Notes: a model not told the origin generated them from the letters alone. 64,000 nucleotides of DNA from Tubiluchus corallicola (GCA_030141605.1 JAQGDQ010000304.1:1-64000), one strand, 5' to 3'. Counted from the first letter of the stretch, positions 1-10,171 are shown. Numbers and translations: made by a program.

Positions 1-9
1 TCAAAAAAT

Positions 10-867
10 ATGACAGTGAACTTGCACAAAGTAGAAACAGGTTTTTTTAAATGTGATGGTGGAGGACTATTTGGTGTTATCCCAAAATCTATGTGGAGCA
101 AAAAGTATCCGGCTGACACCAATAATATGTGTACAGCCTCAATGCGCTGCCTGTTGGTTGAAACAGGTGAGCGAAAGATTCTTATCGACGCAGGAGCCGG
201 GAATAAATATGACGAAAAATATACATCCAATAATGGGCTGCACGGAGATGTAACCCTGCTGAGCTCTCTTGACTCAATTGGAATATCTGCTGATGAAGTA
301 ACAGATGTACTCTTTACCCATTTACACTGGGATCACGTAGGAGGTGCTATTGCATTTAACAATGAACGGGAAGAGGGATATCCCATCTTTAAAAATGCAG
401 TCCACTGGGTTTCTGAATCACAGTGGCAATACGCCTGGAAACCCAATATGCGTGACCGTAACGCATACTTTGATATCGACTTGGCAACATTGCAAAACAG
501 CGTTAAACTAGAGTTAATAAAGGCACCGGGTGAGCTGTTTCCCGGTTTTGAAATCAGGCTGTTTGACGGACATACCCCAGGCCAGGCCATACCGATAATA
601 AATTATAACGGAGATAAAGTTATTTTTATCAGCGACTTGGCACCCGTTGCAGCAAATATTTCCATACCATGGATAGCGAGCTATGACCTACTTCCGGTAA
701 AGGCGATGGAAGAAAAACACAAACTATTTACTGAAGCGGTAGAGAAAAAGATGATACTTTTTTTCGAACACGACAAACATAATGAATGTGCAATACTAAA
801 GGCAGGGAAAAAGTGGCCGGAAATAGAGGTTACTTTTGACCTCAGTGAAGTGAAAACTAATGTGTAA
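10..867 (+). CDS. MBL-fold metallo-hydrolase (YtnP-like)
   Basis: THLHWDH metal motif, GHTPG, and N-terminal DGGGLFGVIPK typical of the YtnP-like group. Confidence 0.85.
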   Translation: MTVNLHKVETGFFKCDGGGLFGVIPKSMWSKKYPADTNNMCTASMRCLLVETGERKILIDAGAGNKYDEKYTSNNGLHGDVTLLSSLDSIGISADEVTDVLFTHLHWDHVGGAIAFNNEREEGYPIFKNAVHWVSESQWQYAWKPNMRDRNAYFDIDLATLQNSVKLELIKAPGELFPGFEIRLFDGHTPGQAIPIINYNGDKVIFISDLAPVAANISIPWIASYDLLPVKAMEEKHKLFTEAVEKKMILFFEHDKHNECAILKAGKKWPEIEVTFDLSEVKTNV

Positions 868-871
868 AGAC

Positions 872-997
872 GACACATTTGTAAGGCTAAGGGTCTTGGT
901 TCAGACTGAAAAAATTCTACAATAAACATCAGCTCACCGATGCAGATAAAGGTTTTAACGAAAATATTAGCAAAAAGGTGGATCTTACAAAGGCTCC
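872..997 (+). mobile_element. MITE-like repeat family, copy A
   Basis: GACACATTTGTAAGG...GGTCTTGGTTCAGACTGAAAAAATTC...TTTTAACGAAAATATTAGCAAAAAGGTGGATCTTACAAAGGCTCC aligns with the other copies. Confidence 0.65.
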
Positions 998-1031
998 AAT
1001 ATTAAATATCTTAAAGACTCTCATGTAAGTT

Positions 1032-2705
1032 ATGGACAACAAAAATTTCGTTATAGGTATCGATTTTGGGACAGACTCCGTTCGCTCAATAATTGTTGAT
1101 GCGAGTAATGGACGCAAAATATCAGACTCCGAGCACAGTTATACCAGATGGGCAAAAGGTATGTACTGCGACCCGTTGAGCAGTCAATTTCGCCAACATC
1201 CACTAGACTATATAGAAGGACTGGAACACACTGTAAAAAAGATAGTCTCCTCTGTACCTGATGAAGTTGTCAAAAATATAGCAGGTATTTCTGTTGGTAC
1301 CACCGGATCAACACCTGTAGCTGTTGATAAAGCTGGCACACCTCTTGCCCTAAAGCCAGGCTTTGAAAATAACCCAAATGCTATGTTTATCCTGTGGAAA
1401 GACCACACAGCGCTAAAAGAGGCAGAAGAGATAAACACCCTTGCACACAATGGTCACTTCGAAGATTTCACAAAATATGTAGGAGGGATATACTCCTCCG
1501 AATGGTTTTTTGCTAAAATACTACACACTCTGCGCAAGGACAAAGATGTCAGGGATAAAGCATTTAGCTGGGTGGAGCAGTGTGACTGGATCCCCGCAAT
1601 GCTAACCGGAGAATCCGACCCCCTAACAATTAAGAGAAGTCGCTGTGCAGCAGGACACAAAGCCATGTGGCACAAAGAGTTTGGAGGACTACCATCTGAT
1701 GAGTTTATGTCCACCTTAGATCCGCTATTAAAAGGGCTTCGCAGCAGACTTTACAACAAGACTTACACTATTGACGAAAAAGCAGGCACTATAAGTAGAG
1801 AGTGGAGCAGACGACTTGGGCTGCCTGGCTCCGTAGTAGTTGGAGTAGGAGCAATAGACGCACATATAGGTGCGATCGGGGCAGGGATAGAGCCATATTA
1901 CTTAAACAAAGTGATGGGAACATCAACGTGTGATATGATGGTGCAGTCGTTTAACGAAGCAGGGAACAAGCTTATCAGAGGAATTTGCGGACAGGTAGAT
2001 GGCTCCATAATACCGGGTATGCTAGGGATAGAAGCTGGCCAGTCTGCCTTTGGTGATATATATGCCTGGTTTAAAAAAGTGCTAATGTGGCCTCTGAATA
2101 ATATCTTAGCTGACTCAAAACTCCTTGACCCTGCCACTAAAGAGAAAGTAACTAAAGAGTTGTCGTCCTCAATTATAAAAAAATTGACAGAGGAGGCAGA
2201 AAAAATACCTGTAGAGGAGAGTAGTATCGTAGCTCTAGACTGGATGAATGGAAGACGTACCCCTGATGCCAATCAGAAGTTGAAAGGTGCTATCACCGGC
2301 TTGGATGTAAGCACAGATGCTCCTCGTATATTTCGCGCTCTGGTAGAGGCTACCGCATTTGGTTCAAAAGCTATTGTTGACCGATTTACAGAAGAGGGAA
2401 TACGCATAGATGGAGTGATTGCCCTGGGAGGAGTTGCAAAAAAATCTCCATTCGTTATGCAGACAGTAGCCGATATACTAAATATGCCCATAAAAGTAGC
2501 CCGCTCCGAGCAGGCATGCGCTTTGGGTGCAGCAATGGCTGCAAGCGTAGTAGCAGGATACTACCCAACAATAGAAGATGCACGCAAGTTTATGAGTAGT
2601 GGTTTCGAAACGGAATACCAGCCTATTTCTGCAAATACCGATAAATATGCAAAACTATATAAGCAGTATAAAATATTAGGCAAGTTTATAGAGCTGGGAA
2701 GTTGA
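1032..2705 (+). CDS. araB: Ribulokinase (FGGY carbohydrate kinase)
   Basis: IGIDFGTDSVR, QFRQHPLDY, LWKDHTA, GGIYSSEWF, DWMNGRRTP motifs. Confidence 0.92.
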   Translation: MDNKNFVIGIDFGTDSVRSIIVDASNGRKISDSEHSYTRWAKGMYCDPLSSQFRQHPLDYIEGLEHTVKKIVSSVPDEVVKNIAGISVGTTGSTPVAVDKAGTPLALKPGFENNPNAMFILWKDHTALKEAEEINTLAHNGHFEDFTKYVGGIYSSEWFFAKILHTLRKDKDVRDKAFSWVEQCDWIPAMLTGESDPLTIKRSRCAAGHKAMWHKEFGGLPSDEFMSTLDPLLKGLRSRLYNKTYTIDEKAGTISREWSRRLGLPGSVVVGVGAIDAHIGAIGAGIEPYYLNKVMGTSTCDMMVQSFNEAGNKLIRGICGQVDGSIIPGMLGIEAGQSAFGDIYAWFKKVLMWPLNNILADSKLLDPATKEKVTKELSSSIIKKLTEEAEKIPVEESSIVALDWMNGRRTPDANQKLKGAITGLDVSTDAPRIFRALVEATAFGSKAIVDRFTEEGIRIDGVIALGGVAKKSPFVMQTVADILNMPIKVARSEQACALGAAMAASVVAGYYPTIEDARKFMSSGFETEYQPISANTDKYAKLYKQYKILGKFIELGS

Positions 2706-2830
2706 CTAACTCACTCCAGAAGCTCACCAACACCTCCGCTTATGATAGGCACACCTCGACTGTAAGCCGCTATAAACATGGCGAATAGCCGCATCAATGA
2801 AAAATACATACGCCATTTTTACCAGCTACA

Positions 2831-5710
2831 CTATTCACCCCTCCTGCAAATACCTTTGTAGGGGCAAATCCTGCACGAATTTTCATCCTCTGTCTGATAA
2901 AACGCTACTTTGTTATCAAAGATCTCTTCAAGCAGTCCGGTAAGCCCTGACTCAAACCGCTCAACTTTCTCAGCAAACTTAACCGGGATATTACCGTCCT
3001 CTTTTTTGCACTTCAGCGATGGATCAAAATCCCGTTCAAATATGCTCCTTAATATATATATTCCAGGAACGATATCCTTCCGGCTTGAGCTTTTTGAAAA
3101 AACATAAGAGTAGAACATGGCCTGAAACGCCGCTTTGTTCCTATTCTTCTTCTCTCTGTCAAACAGCTCCTCCACAACTCCAAAACTAATATCCGACTTT
3201 CCTGTCTTGTAGTCAAGTATTACAGGCAGCCCATCTTTTCTGTCCAGCCTGTCTATAATACCTCCTATATGCACAGTACCACCACTAAAAGATAGGGTTG
3301 TCTCAACATGCTTCTCCAGCCCCAGCACCTCAAAAGGGGTGCGTCTCTTATCTATTTGCAAAACCTGTAAAATATATTTTTTTACAACTTCATACACAAG
3401 CAGGTTACGTCCCGTTATCTGAGTACCCTCACCTCCATCTTTAAAGTAACAGTTGGAAAAAGCACCAGTGATTGTATCTTCAACAAGCCCCTCATTATCT
3501 ATTATACTATCAACATCTTCTTCATTTACACAGCGCCCAAGGAAAGGGCTATATAGCTTCTCCATCGCTTCGTGAAAGATGTTTCCAAAATACATTGCAT
3601 CAACCTCATCTGCTACTCTATCTGGCTCTTTCAATCTAAACGAGTATCTAAGGCAGAACTGTAGTGGACAGGTAATATACCTATCTATAGCGCTGGGAGA
3701 CAAAGTACGGCTGCCGTCAAAATAATGCTGCAGTGGCTCCATTACTCTATCTGACTTGCTTATAGATATGGGAGCGGACAGGGTTGTGTTGGCATCATAA
3801 ACAAAGGTGCTTTCCTCTATATCCATTCCCGACTCCATCAACAACTGATAGAGGTACCGGCTTTTCTCTCCCGTAAGCAAACCCTCACTATTTGAATTAT
3901 AGATAAAGGTTACCCTCTCCGCCCGCTGTAGTACCCGGTAAAAGTAGTATGCATACATTGCGTTGTGCTCCTCCACTGTCGGCAAACCAAACCCTTTTCT
4001 AAGATTATAAGGTATAAACGAGGTATTAACTGATGACCCTGGCATTACACCTTCGTTTACAGATGTCATTATAATATTCTTAAAATCAAGATTCCGCGTC
4101 TCAAGAACTCCCATAATCTGAAGCCCCTCTAATGGCTCCCCCTCTAATGGCACGGAAAGCCGTTCCATATATCTTTGCAATAACTTAAACCATATCTCCC
4201 TCCCAATAAATTCCCGCCCGCCAAATAGCTTTACACCATCCTTCTCAATAGTATCCCTAAGGCGGATAAGTATAAGATAAAAACAGTAGAGATACTCTCT
4301 GTTCACATCTGTACCCATACCGTCACTATTCGAAAAAAACTCAAAAATATATCTAGTTAGTTTGATAAAATAGGTGTGCAACTCCCCTACCTCTCCAGGT
4401 GAACAAAATAACAGTTTTAGAAAGTCGCTCCTTCCCAGCTCTTCCTCTTCCAGGTATAACCTGTTCCTGGATATTATGTGCTTGTTCAGTTCATCTACCA
4501 CATCAGGATCGACCTGTGCCACTATCTGGTGATTTATAACAGCCAGTACATTTTTGCGATAGAAGGCAACACCGCTGCTACTACCTGTCGTTATGCCCTT
4601 TTGCATATCCATTAGCTGCACTACAAAGCTGTAAACTGGAGAGGATGCAAAAGGAAAACCCAGTGTTACGTTAACCTTTTCAAGCTGTAGGGGGATGGCT
4701 CCCATCACCGGAAGCAGAAGCCCTTCATCACAAAGTACAACAGCTGTGTCGTCAAAATGTGGTGTATCCTTGGTATCCTTGCTTACAGTTTTCACCAATT
4801 CAGCTGCTGCCACCTGAGACTGCCCCACATTGGATGATACATTCACTATCCGTATCTCTTTTTTCACATCGTGAAAGTCATTTGTTCCATAAGGAAACTC
4901 GCTCTGTGGAAATCTCTCAAGGTTCTTTCTCACAAACATGCCGGCCTCCTGTAACCGGTCCTCAACATAATATTTATCAAAATCCCAGTAAAATTCAGCC
5001 TGCTCATTATCTTTCAAATAATCGAAAAGCAGCTCTTCACAACGGTTTAGTGCGTTAAAGCCCGCCAAAACAAAGCGCCTGGACTCCAGTATGCCACCCT
5101 CCCCATTTGAAATCCGCTCAGCCACATCGCGGTAAATCATACCTTCATACGCCAGACCTTCCGCTTCCAGAGCCTCCCTAAATAACTTGTAAACAGAAGA
5201 TAACGCATGCCACACCTTAATGAATTCTTTTTGCCCGCTACCCCTATGATTTGCGTTTACATTTTTCCAGAAGCTCGATACATGTCCAAATGCATCGTCC
5301 TCCAGAGTAGAAAACCTCTCTTCAATCTCCTTAAGCTCAGATATGTTACTAAATAGCCCGGAGGCATCTACCATATACTTATCAACATCATTAAAATCGT
5401 TAATCAGCACCTCCCCCCAAAAATAGAAGTCATCCAAAGTCTCTTTTGTTTTAGTAACATCACAGTAAACCTTGTATAAACGAAAAACCAGGCTCAGTGA
5501 ATCGGCAACAACAAATTTTGAACTGCTGAAAAAAAGATCATTAATGCTTGTTACCTCCGGAGCAAAGAGTGTTTCATCCACAAGTCTCTCAAGGTAGTTA
5601 TTAAAAAAGAGCCCGGCTCTGCGATTTGGGAAAACTATGGTAACATCGCCTATATTATTACCGTATTTGCTATAAAGCTGCCTTGCAAGGCTCTCCAGAA
5701 AACCTGTCAT
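2831..5710 (-). CDS. AddB-like inactive helicase / PD-(D/E)XK nuclease
   Basis: VFPNRRAGLF N-terminus, QIMGVLETR, LSPSAID..CP, GIIDRLD...ILDYKTG, C-terminal CRICPYKGIC Fe-S cysteines. Confidence 0.85.
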   Translation of the reverse strand: MTGFLESLARQLYSKYGNNIGDVTIVFPNRRAGLFFNNYLERLVDETLFAPEVTSINDLFFSSSKFVVADSLSLVFRLYKVYCDVTKTKETLDDFYFWGEVLINDFNDVDKYMVDASGLFSNISELKEIEERFSTLEDDAFGHVSSFWKNVNANHRGSGQKEFIKVWHALSSVYKLFREALEAEGLAYEGMIYRDVAERISNGEGGILESRRFVLAGFNALNRCEELLFDYLKDNEQAEFYWDFDKYYVEDRLQEAGMFVRKNLERFPQSEFPYGTNDFHDVKKEIRIVNVSSNVGQSQVAAAELVKTVSKDTKDTPHFDDTAVVLCDEGLLLPVMGAIPLQLEKVNVTLGFPFASSPVYSFVVQLMDMQKGITTGSSSGVAFYRKNVLAVINHQIVAQVDPDVVDELNKHIISRNRLYLEEEELGRSDFLKLLFCSPGEVGELHTYFIKLTRYIFEFFSNSDGMGTDVNREYLYCFYLILIRLRDTIEKDGVKLFGGREFIGREIWFKLLQRYMERLSVPLEGEPLEGLQIMGVLETRNLDFKNIIMTSVNEGVMPGSSVNTSFIPYNLRKGFGLPTVEEHNAMYAYYFYRVLQRAERVTFIYNSNSEGLLTGEKSRYLYQLLMESGMDIEESTFVYDANTTLSAPISISKSDRVMEPLQHYFDGSRTLSPSAIDRYITCPLQFCLRYSFRLKEPDRVADEVDAMYFGNIFHEAMEKLYSPFLGRCVNEEDVDSIIDNEGLVEDTITGAFSNCYFKDGGEGTQITGRNLLVYEVVKKYILQVLQIDKRRTPFEVLGLEKHVETTLSFSGGTVHIGGIIDRLDRKDGLPVILDYKTGKSDISFGVVEELFDREKKNRNKAAFQAMFYSYVFSKSSSRKDIVPGIYILRSIFERDFDPSLKCKKEDGNIPVKFAEKVERFESGLTGLLEEIFDNKVAFYQTEDENSCRICPYKGICRRGE

Positions 5711-5953
5711 TCCTGCTTATATATTAAATAATTGAAGCAAAATTATCTCATAAAGATGATACATTTTGCTGTAATGACCCCTCTACAATATAAAAGATTT
5801 TAGCCCGGACTAAAGACAATATGGCAAGGAACCACAGCTCATCGACACATAATAAGGAGGGCTTAAGGAGGCTTTGGAAAAAATAGCAAAGTAACCTACT
5901 AAACAGAGAAAGGGCAGTAGAACTTCAGATGCGCTACACGCCAAGCATAAGAG

Positions 5954-6388
5954 TTAAACAAACAATTGTGTTCCATATCCCCACAGGATATAGCGCCCCA
6001 CCTTCCCAATAAACATAAATAGTATACAGAGAAAGGGTGAAACACGAAAAAAGCCAAGCCCAAGCACTAGGATATTGCCCACTCCCGGAATAAATGACAG
6101 AGCAGCAAGAAGCGAACCATACCTATCAAGGCGCCACTTAATACTCTCTATCTTGTGCCGCGGAACCCTCCAGTACTTCTCTATCCACCCCCACCTGCCA
6201 ACAAATCCCATATAGTAGGTAACAACACCCCCTGCAAGGTTGCCAACAGTAACCACAACAAGGCAGGTGAACCAGTCAAAACCATTGACCAGAAGCAGGC
6301 TCAAAACAACCTCAGAGCTAAATGGCACCACCGTTCCCGCCAAAAAACCGGCAATAAACAGCCCTGTTAGACCATACTCAAACAACAT
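5954..6388 (-). CDS. YqaA/DedA-family (VTT domain) membrane protein
   Basis: FLAGTVVPFSSE, GNLAGG, IPGVG...GKVGRY; hydrophobic. Confidence 0.85.
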   Translation of the reverse strand: MLFEYGLTGLFIAGFLAGTVVPFSSEVVLSLLLVNGFDWFTCLVVVTVGNLAGGVVTYYMGFVGRWGWIEKYWRVPRHKIESIKWRLDRYGSLLAALSFIPGVGNILVLGLGFFRVSPFLCILFMFIGKVGRYILWGYGTQLFV

Positions 6389-6583
6389 ACCAGTTCAGTT
6401 TTTCCTTCGATAAATCAAACATTTTAAAAGCAGCTTCGCGCAATATCCTTAAATGCTATCGGCTCTCCAATCCTTTACCCATCTCCAATCTTCTCAAAAA
6501 GCATCTAAAATACCTGCAAAAACAAATGTTTATATCTGCTATCCAGCGCATAACTATGCAAGAGTAGTGAAAATTGACTAGCC

Positions 6584-6723
6584 GAAGCCCTTGTAAAACG
6601 AAAATTTTTGGCTTAAATTGAAGGCAATTCAACAAAAACCTATAATTTACTAATATAATTAAGGATTTTGAAGAGAGTTCTTAACAAAAAGACCAATAAA
6701 AAGATGAGTTTTGCAAAGGTCTC
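6584..6723 (+). mobile_element. MITE-like repeat family, copy B (best-preserved right end)
   Basis: GAAGCCCTTGTAAAA...AGGATTTTGAAGAGAG...AATAAAAAGATGAGTTTTGCAAAGGTCTC; imperfect terminal inverted repeats, 140 bp. Confidence 0.8.
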
Positions 6724-6725
6724 AC

Positions 6726-6733
6726 TACTTTTG
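6726..6733 (+). promoter_or_regulatory. Bacteroidota -7 promoter element upstream of the GT2 operon
   Basis: TACTTTTG matches TAnnTTTG, ~35 nt before ATG 6768; no clear -33 element. Confidence 0.5.
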
Positions 6734-6767
6734 CCAAAATAGAAAAGTAATATCTTATGTAGTTGGA

Positions 6768-7742
6768 ATGAAAAAGATCTCTGTTGTAATTACTGTTTAT
6801 AATGAGGAGAATAATATTGAGCCTTTGGTTAAGCAAATCAATCTGGCCCTCAAAGGCAGTTCTTATGAAATAGTTTATGTTGACGATGGCTCAACCGACA
6901 ACACTGTACACAATATAGTATCCATCAATGATCCACATATCAAGCTGATAGAGCTGAAAAAAAACTTTGGACAGTGCCCGGCGCTAAAGGCAGGAATAGA
7001 TAACGCTACAGGGAGCTATATCATTACAATGGACGGTGATCTTCAAAATGATCCGTCAGATATCCCAATGATGATAGAAAAAATAGAGAAGGGAAACTAC
7101 GATTTAGTGGTGGGAATAAGGAAAAAGAGAAAGGATGGCTTTGTTCTGCGGCTTATTCCCTCAAAAATAGCAAACTGGCTTATCCGCCGCTTAACCAAAG
7201 TAAATATTAAAGACAACGGGTGCGCGCTAAAAGCCTTTAAAGCCCAAACAGCAAAAGAGCTACCTCTCTATGGCGACCTGCACAGATTTATATCAATTCT
7301 TGCAGTGTACGATGGTGCAAAAATAGCACAAGTAAATGTTAATCACCACCCCCGCATCCATGGGAAATCAAAGTATGGCCTCTCCAGGACATTTAAGGTG
7401 CTGAGCGACCTGATCCTTCTACTGTTTTTTAGGAAATATATGCAACGCCCGATGCACTTTTTGGGGACAGGAGGACTTATAACCTCTTTAATAGGGGGGG
7501 TGATACTGTCGTACCTCTTCACACTCAGGCTTACAGGTGGAAATATATGGGGGCGCCCACTCCTGCTACTGGGAGTCGTGTTTTTACTCGCCGGATTTCA
7601 GATCATTACCGTTGGTATTATTCTGGAGTATCTGATGCGAACATATTACGAGTCACAACAGAAAAAACCTTATAAAATAAAACAAATAAGAGTAGATAGC
7701 GAAGGTCAAAATCATTTATCCAACACAATAAAACAGAAATGA
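6768..7742 (+). CDS. GT2 polyprenol-phosphate glycosyltransferase (ArnC/GtrB-like)
   Basis: ISVVITVYNEEEN-like start, VDDGSTD, MDGDLQNDP, two C-terminal TM helices; ATG 6768 preferred because the TTG at 6711 lies inside the repeat. Confidence 0.88.
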   Translation: MKKISVVITVYNEENNIEPLVKQINLALKGSSYEIVYVDDGSTDNTVHNIVSINDPHIKLIELKKNFGQCPALKAGIDNATGSYIITMDGDLQNDPSDIPMMIEKIEKGNYDLVVGIRKKRKDGFVLRLIPSKIANWLIRRLTKVNIKDNGCALKAFKAQTAKELPLYGDLHRFISILAVYDGAKIAQVNVNHHPRIHGKSKYGLSRTFKVLSDLILLLFFRKYMQRPMHFLGTGGLITSLIGGVILSYLFTLRLTGGNIWGRPLLLLGVVFLLAGFQIITVGIILEYLMRTYYESQQKKPYKIKQIRVDSEGQNHLSNTIKQK

Positions 7743-9370
7743 AATCCATTTTAAAATCCCCATTATTCAAAAGTATTCTCCTGATTGCTCTTTTTGCTTA
7801 CATATCGGGACTATTTGTCGGTATTGTCTCAGACGCAGGTATATATGCAACAATAAGTCGCGAAATACTGAAGAGTGGCGAATGGATAAAGTTGACCTGC
7901 CGAGGAGAGCTGTACCTACAAAAGCCACCATTCCACTTCTGGCTATCCGCTATATCTTTCATGTTTTTTGGGATATCCAATTTCGCATACAAACTTCCAA
8001 CACTACTGCTGTCATTTGCAGGTGCCTATTTCACATTTCGGCTGGGTAAACTACTGTATGGAAAAACAGTAGGGCATATCGCCTGGATTGTTCTAATGTT
8101 TTCCGAAGTTATGTTTCTGTACAACATGGACGTTCACACAGATACAATATTTACAGTCAATATTATATTTACCATTTGGCAGCTAGCCCTCTACATCCGC
8201 AATAAAAAAATCATAAACATTGCCTTAGGCTCTCTGGGCGCCTCCTTAGCCATGTTAACAAAAGGACCGGTAGGGCTAGCCGTACCAGTGTTTGCAATTA
8301 TATCACACCTGCTCCTGCGAAGGGATTTTAAAATATTGTTTCGTCGGCAGTGGCTGCTTGCTCCTGTCATCATTGCTATATGCATCTTCCCATACCTCTA
8401 CGGGCTATACAGCTCTTTCGGGATAAAGGGACCTCTGTTTTACTTCTGGACTAACAATGTAGGACGTATAACCGGCTCATATGATGGTGATAATAGCGAC
8501 TACAGCTTCTATCTCCACACCCTTATATACCTTATTATTCCGTGGACCATCCCAATGTTTATTGCTCTCTTTATGGAGTTTAAAGAGAAGATCGGCTCAC
8601 TCATGTCGGGTAACACCAAGCATGAGTACTACTGTATAGGGGGGATAACAATCTTCAGCGTTATACTTTCAGTATCTGTGCAAAAGGCGCCACACTATAT
8701 CTTTCCTATTATTCCACTGATTGCAATCCTCACAGGCAAATGGATCGAAAAAATATTACTATTGAAGCAATATCCCCGTCTAGAAAAGTGGATACTCCGG
8801 CTGCAACCTTATGTTTTGTCATTTGTCTGGATACTTATATTTACAATCCCGATTTACATCTTTCCCTCTGACAATATGCTGCTATGGTGTGTTATTGCAC
8901 TGCTATTCATACTCTTTATTTGGATATTAATAAAGCATAAAGGATTGATACAACTCTTTACAGCGAGTATGCTGACAATTGCCTCTTTTAGCTTAATGAT
9001 AAACACTTATATGTTTCCATCCATGCTTGAGTACCAAACAGCAATAAAGGCTGCAAATGTATACAATGCAATGGCAGGTGAAAATGAACAGTTGTACAAC
9101 TACGAATACAACTACACCGAGCTCTCCTTCTATACCAAGGAACTGCCACGGAAGGTAAAGTCGAAGGAAGAGCTACACCATGTGCTTAAAAAAGATAATA
9201 TATGGATATTTACTACAGATAAAGGGCTTGAGGATATACGAAAAGCAGGCATTGAACCAAAGCAACTATTTCAATGGAGGCATAAGCACTTAAGCCAGCC
9301 CGATATAAAGTTTTATGTACCCAAGACAAGGGAGTCGACTCTTAAAAACACATATCTTATTCAATTGTAG
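7739..9370 (+). CDS. ArnT/PMT-like GT-C membrane glycosyltransferase
   Basis: YLQKPP, LTKGPVG, many TM helices; ATGA overlap with the GT2 gene. Confidence 0.85.
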   Translation: MKSILKSPLFKSILLIALFAYISGLFVGIVSDAGIYATISREILKSGEWIKLTCRGELYLQKPPFHFWLSAISFMFFGISNFAYKLPTLLLSFAGAYFTFRLGKLLYGKTVGHIAWIVLMFSEVMFLYNMDVHTDTIFTVNIIFTIWQLALYIRNKKIINIALGSLGASLAMLTKGPVGLAVPVFAIISHLLLRRDFKILFRRQWLLAPVIIAICIFPYLYGLYSSFGIKGPLFYFWTNNVGRITGSYDGDNSDYSFYLHTLIYLIIPWTIPMFIALFMEFKEKIGSLMSGNTKHEYYCIGGITIFSVILSVSVQKAPHYIFPIIPLIAILTGKWIEKILLLKQYPRLEKWILRLQPYVLSFVWILIFTIPIYIFPSDNMLLWCVIALLFILFIWILIKHKGLIQLFTASMLTIASFSLMINTYMFPSMLEYQTAIKAANVYNAMAGENEQLYNYEYNYTELSFYTKELPRKVKSKEELHHVLKKDNIWIFTTDKGLEDIRKAGIEPKQLFQWRHKHLSQPDIKFYVPKTRESTLKNTYLIQL

Positions 9371-9397
9371 GGATGCTTCTTTTGTATCTTTCTGGCA

Positions 9398-9823
9398 ATG
9401 ACAAGTTTTAAGTTTCATAAAAGGGAGAGGCTTTGCAATCAAAAAACCATAAGCAGCCTGTTCCATTTGGGAAATACCTTTCTGTGCTATCCGCTAAAGG
9501 CTGTATGGAGCAAAGTGGATGACCTGCCCTCCGGTGAAACAGGACAACTGCCCCATAAAGTGCAAGTTGCCTTTAGCATACCAAAAAAACGCATTAAAAA
9601 AGCTGTAAAACGAAACTTACTGAAAAGAAGAATGCGTGAATCGTACAGGATTAGAAAACACAAATTATATACATGTACGGATAGTACAGATAAAAAAATT
9701 GCATTGATGCTTATCTATGTAAGCAAAGAGGCCCTCGAATTTTCTGTGATAGAAAAAGCAATGGGAAAAGTTATTGATAAGCTGGTTGCAAAGCTTAGTC
9801 ACCAAGATAAGGAACAACCATAG
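9398..9823 (+). CDS. rnpA: Ribonuclease P protein component
   Basis: KRERL, SIPKKRIKKAVKRNLLKRRMRESYR (RNR motif). Confidence 0.92.
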   Translation: MTSFKFHKRERLCNQKTISSLFHLGNTFLCYPLKAVWSKVDDLPSGETGQLPHKVQVAFSIPKKRIKKAVKRNLLKRRMRESYRIRKHKLYTCTDSTDKKIALMLIYVSKEALEFSVIEKAMGKVIDKLVAKLSHQDKEQP

Positions 9824-9952
9824 GCACTTACAAACTTATCTTCCTATTTTATTAATATTTTCATCAAAACCATCATTTACATCAGTAAACGGCAGTTTTT
9901 CATCAAACTATTTTTTTTATCCTAAATAAGATTTTCGGCTTGTAAAGATCTT
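9822..9952 (-). mobile_element. MITE-like repeat family, copy M (reverse orientation, abuts the rnpA stop)
   Basis: Reverse complement reads AAGATCTTTACAAG...TTTGATGAAAAACTGCCGTTTACTGATGTAAATG...TTTTGATGAAAATATTAATAAAA...AGATAAGTTTGTAAGTGCCT. Confidence 0.72.
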
Positions 9953-10052
9953 GCCTTGTTAGTTCCAACTTCTGAAGCATACACTCACCCCTATTGTCAT
10001 ATTGTCAGGATCAGGATTAGAATATTTCAGAATATAAATATAGGCACGACAT

Positions 10053-10095
10053 AAAAAAAGCAAAGGACGGATCCTGGCGAATCCATCCTTTTGCT
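10053..10095 (-). terminator. Rho-independent terminator of the putative sRNA
   Basis: AGCAAAAGGATGGAT-TCGCCAGG-ATCCGTCCTTTGCT followed by a T run; the stem has a U-G pair on the minus strand that would be an A-C mismatch on plus. Confidence 0.75.
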
Positions 10096-10134
10096 AAAAC
10101 TAACCAAACTAACTAAACCTATGAAAAATAATGT
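10053..10134 (-). ncRNA. Putative ~80-nt small regulatory RNA
   Basis: Bounded by a TTTG-N21-TATCTTTG promoter and an intrinsic terminator; no ORF; U/G-rich 5' part UUUUUCAUAGGUUUAGUUAGUUUGGUUAG. Confidence 0.65.
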
Positions 10135-10138
10135 ATTA

Positions 10139-10171
10139 CAAAGATAAGGGTGTTATGTGCTATTGAGCAAA
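10139..10171 (-). promoter_or_regulatory. Canonical Bacteroidota housekeeping promoter (-33/-7)
   Basis: TTTG (10171-10168), 21-nt spacer, TATCTTTG (10146-10139). Confidence 0.75.

Noticed and set aside
2801-2816. ACATACGCCAT shared with ~13710
   Set aside because: Short match with only two occurrences; compatible with chance.
2831-5710. PD-(D/E)XK nuclease as an anti-phage defence gene
   Set aside because: The architecture matches the widespread Bacteroidota AddB-like repair subunit; no defence context.
6700-6723. Repeat right end (GATGAGTTTTGCA) as an outward -7 promoter
   Set aside because: GAGTTTTG lacks the conserved initial T of TAnnTTTG; not supportable without TSS data.
6711-6767. 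N-terminal extension of the GT2 ORF from TTG 6711
   Set aside because: The TTG lies inside the repeat terminus and upstream of the -7 box; the family motif starts at ATG 6768.
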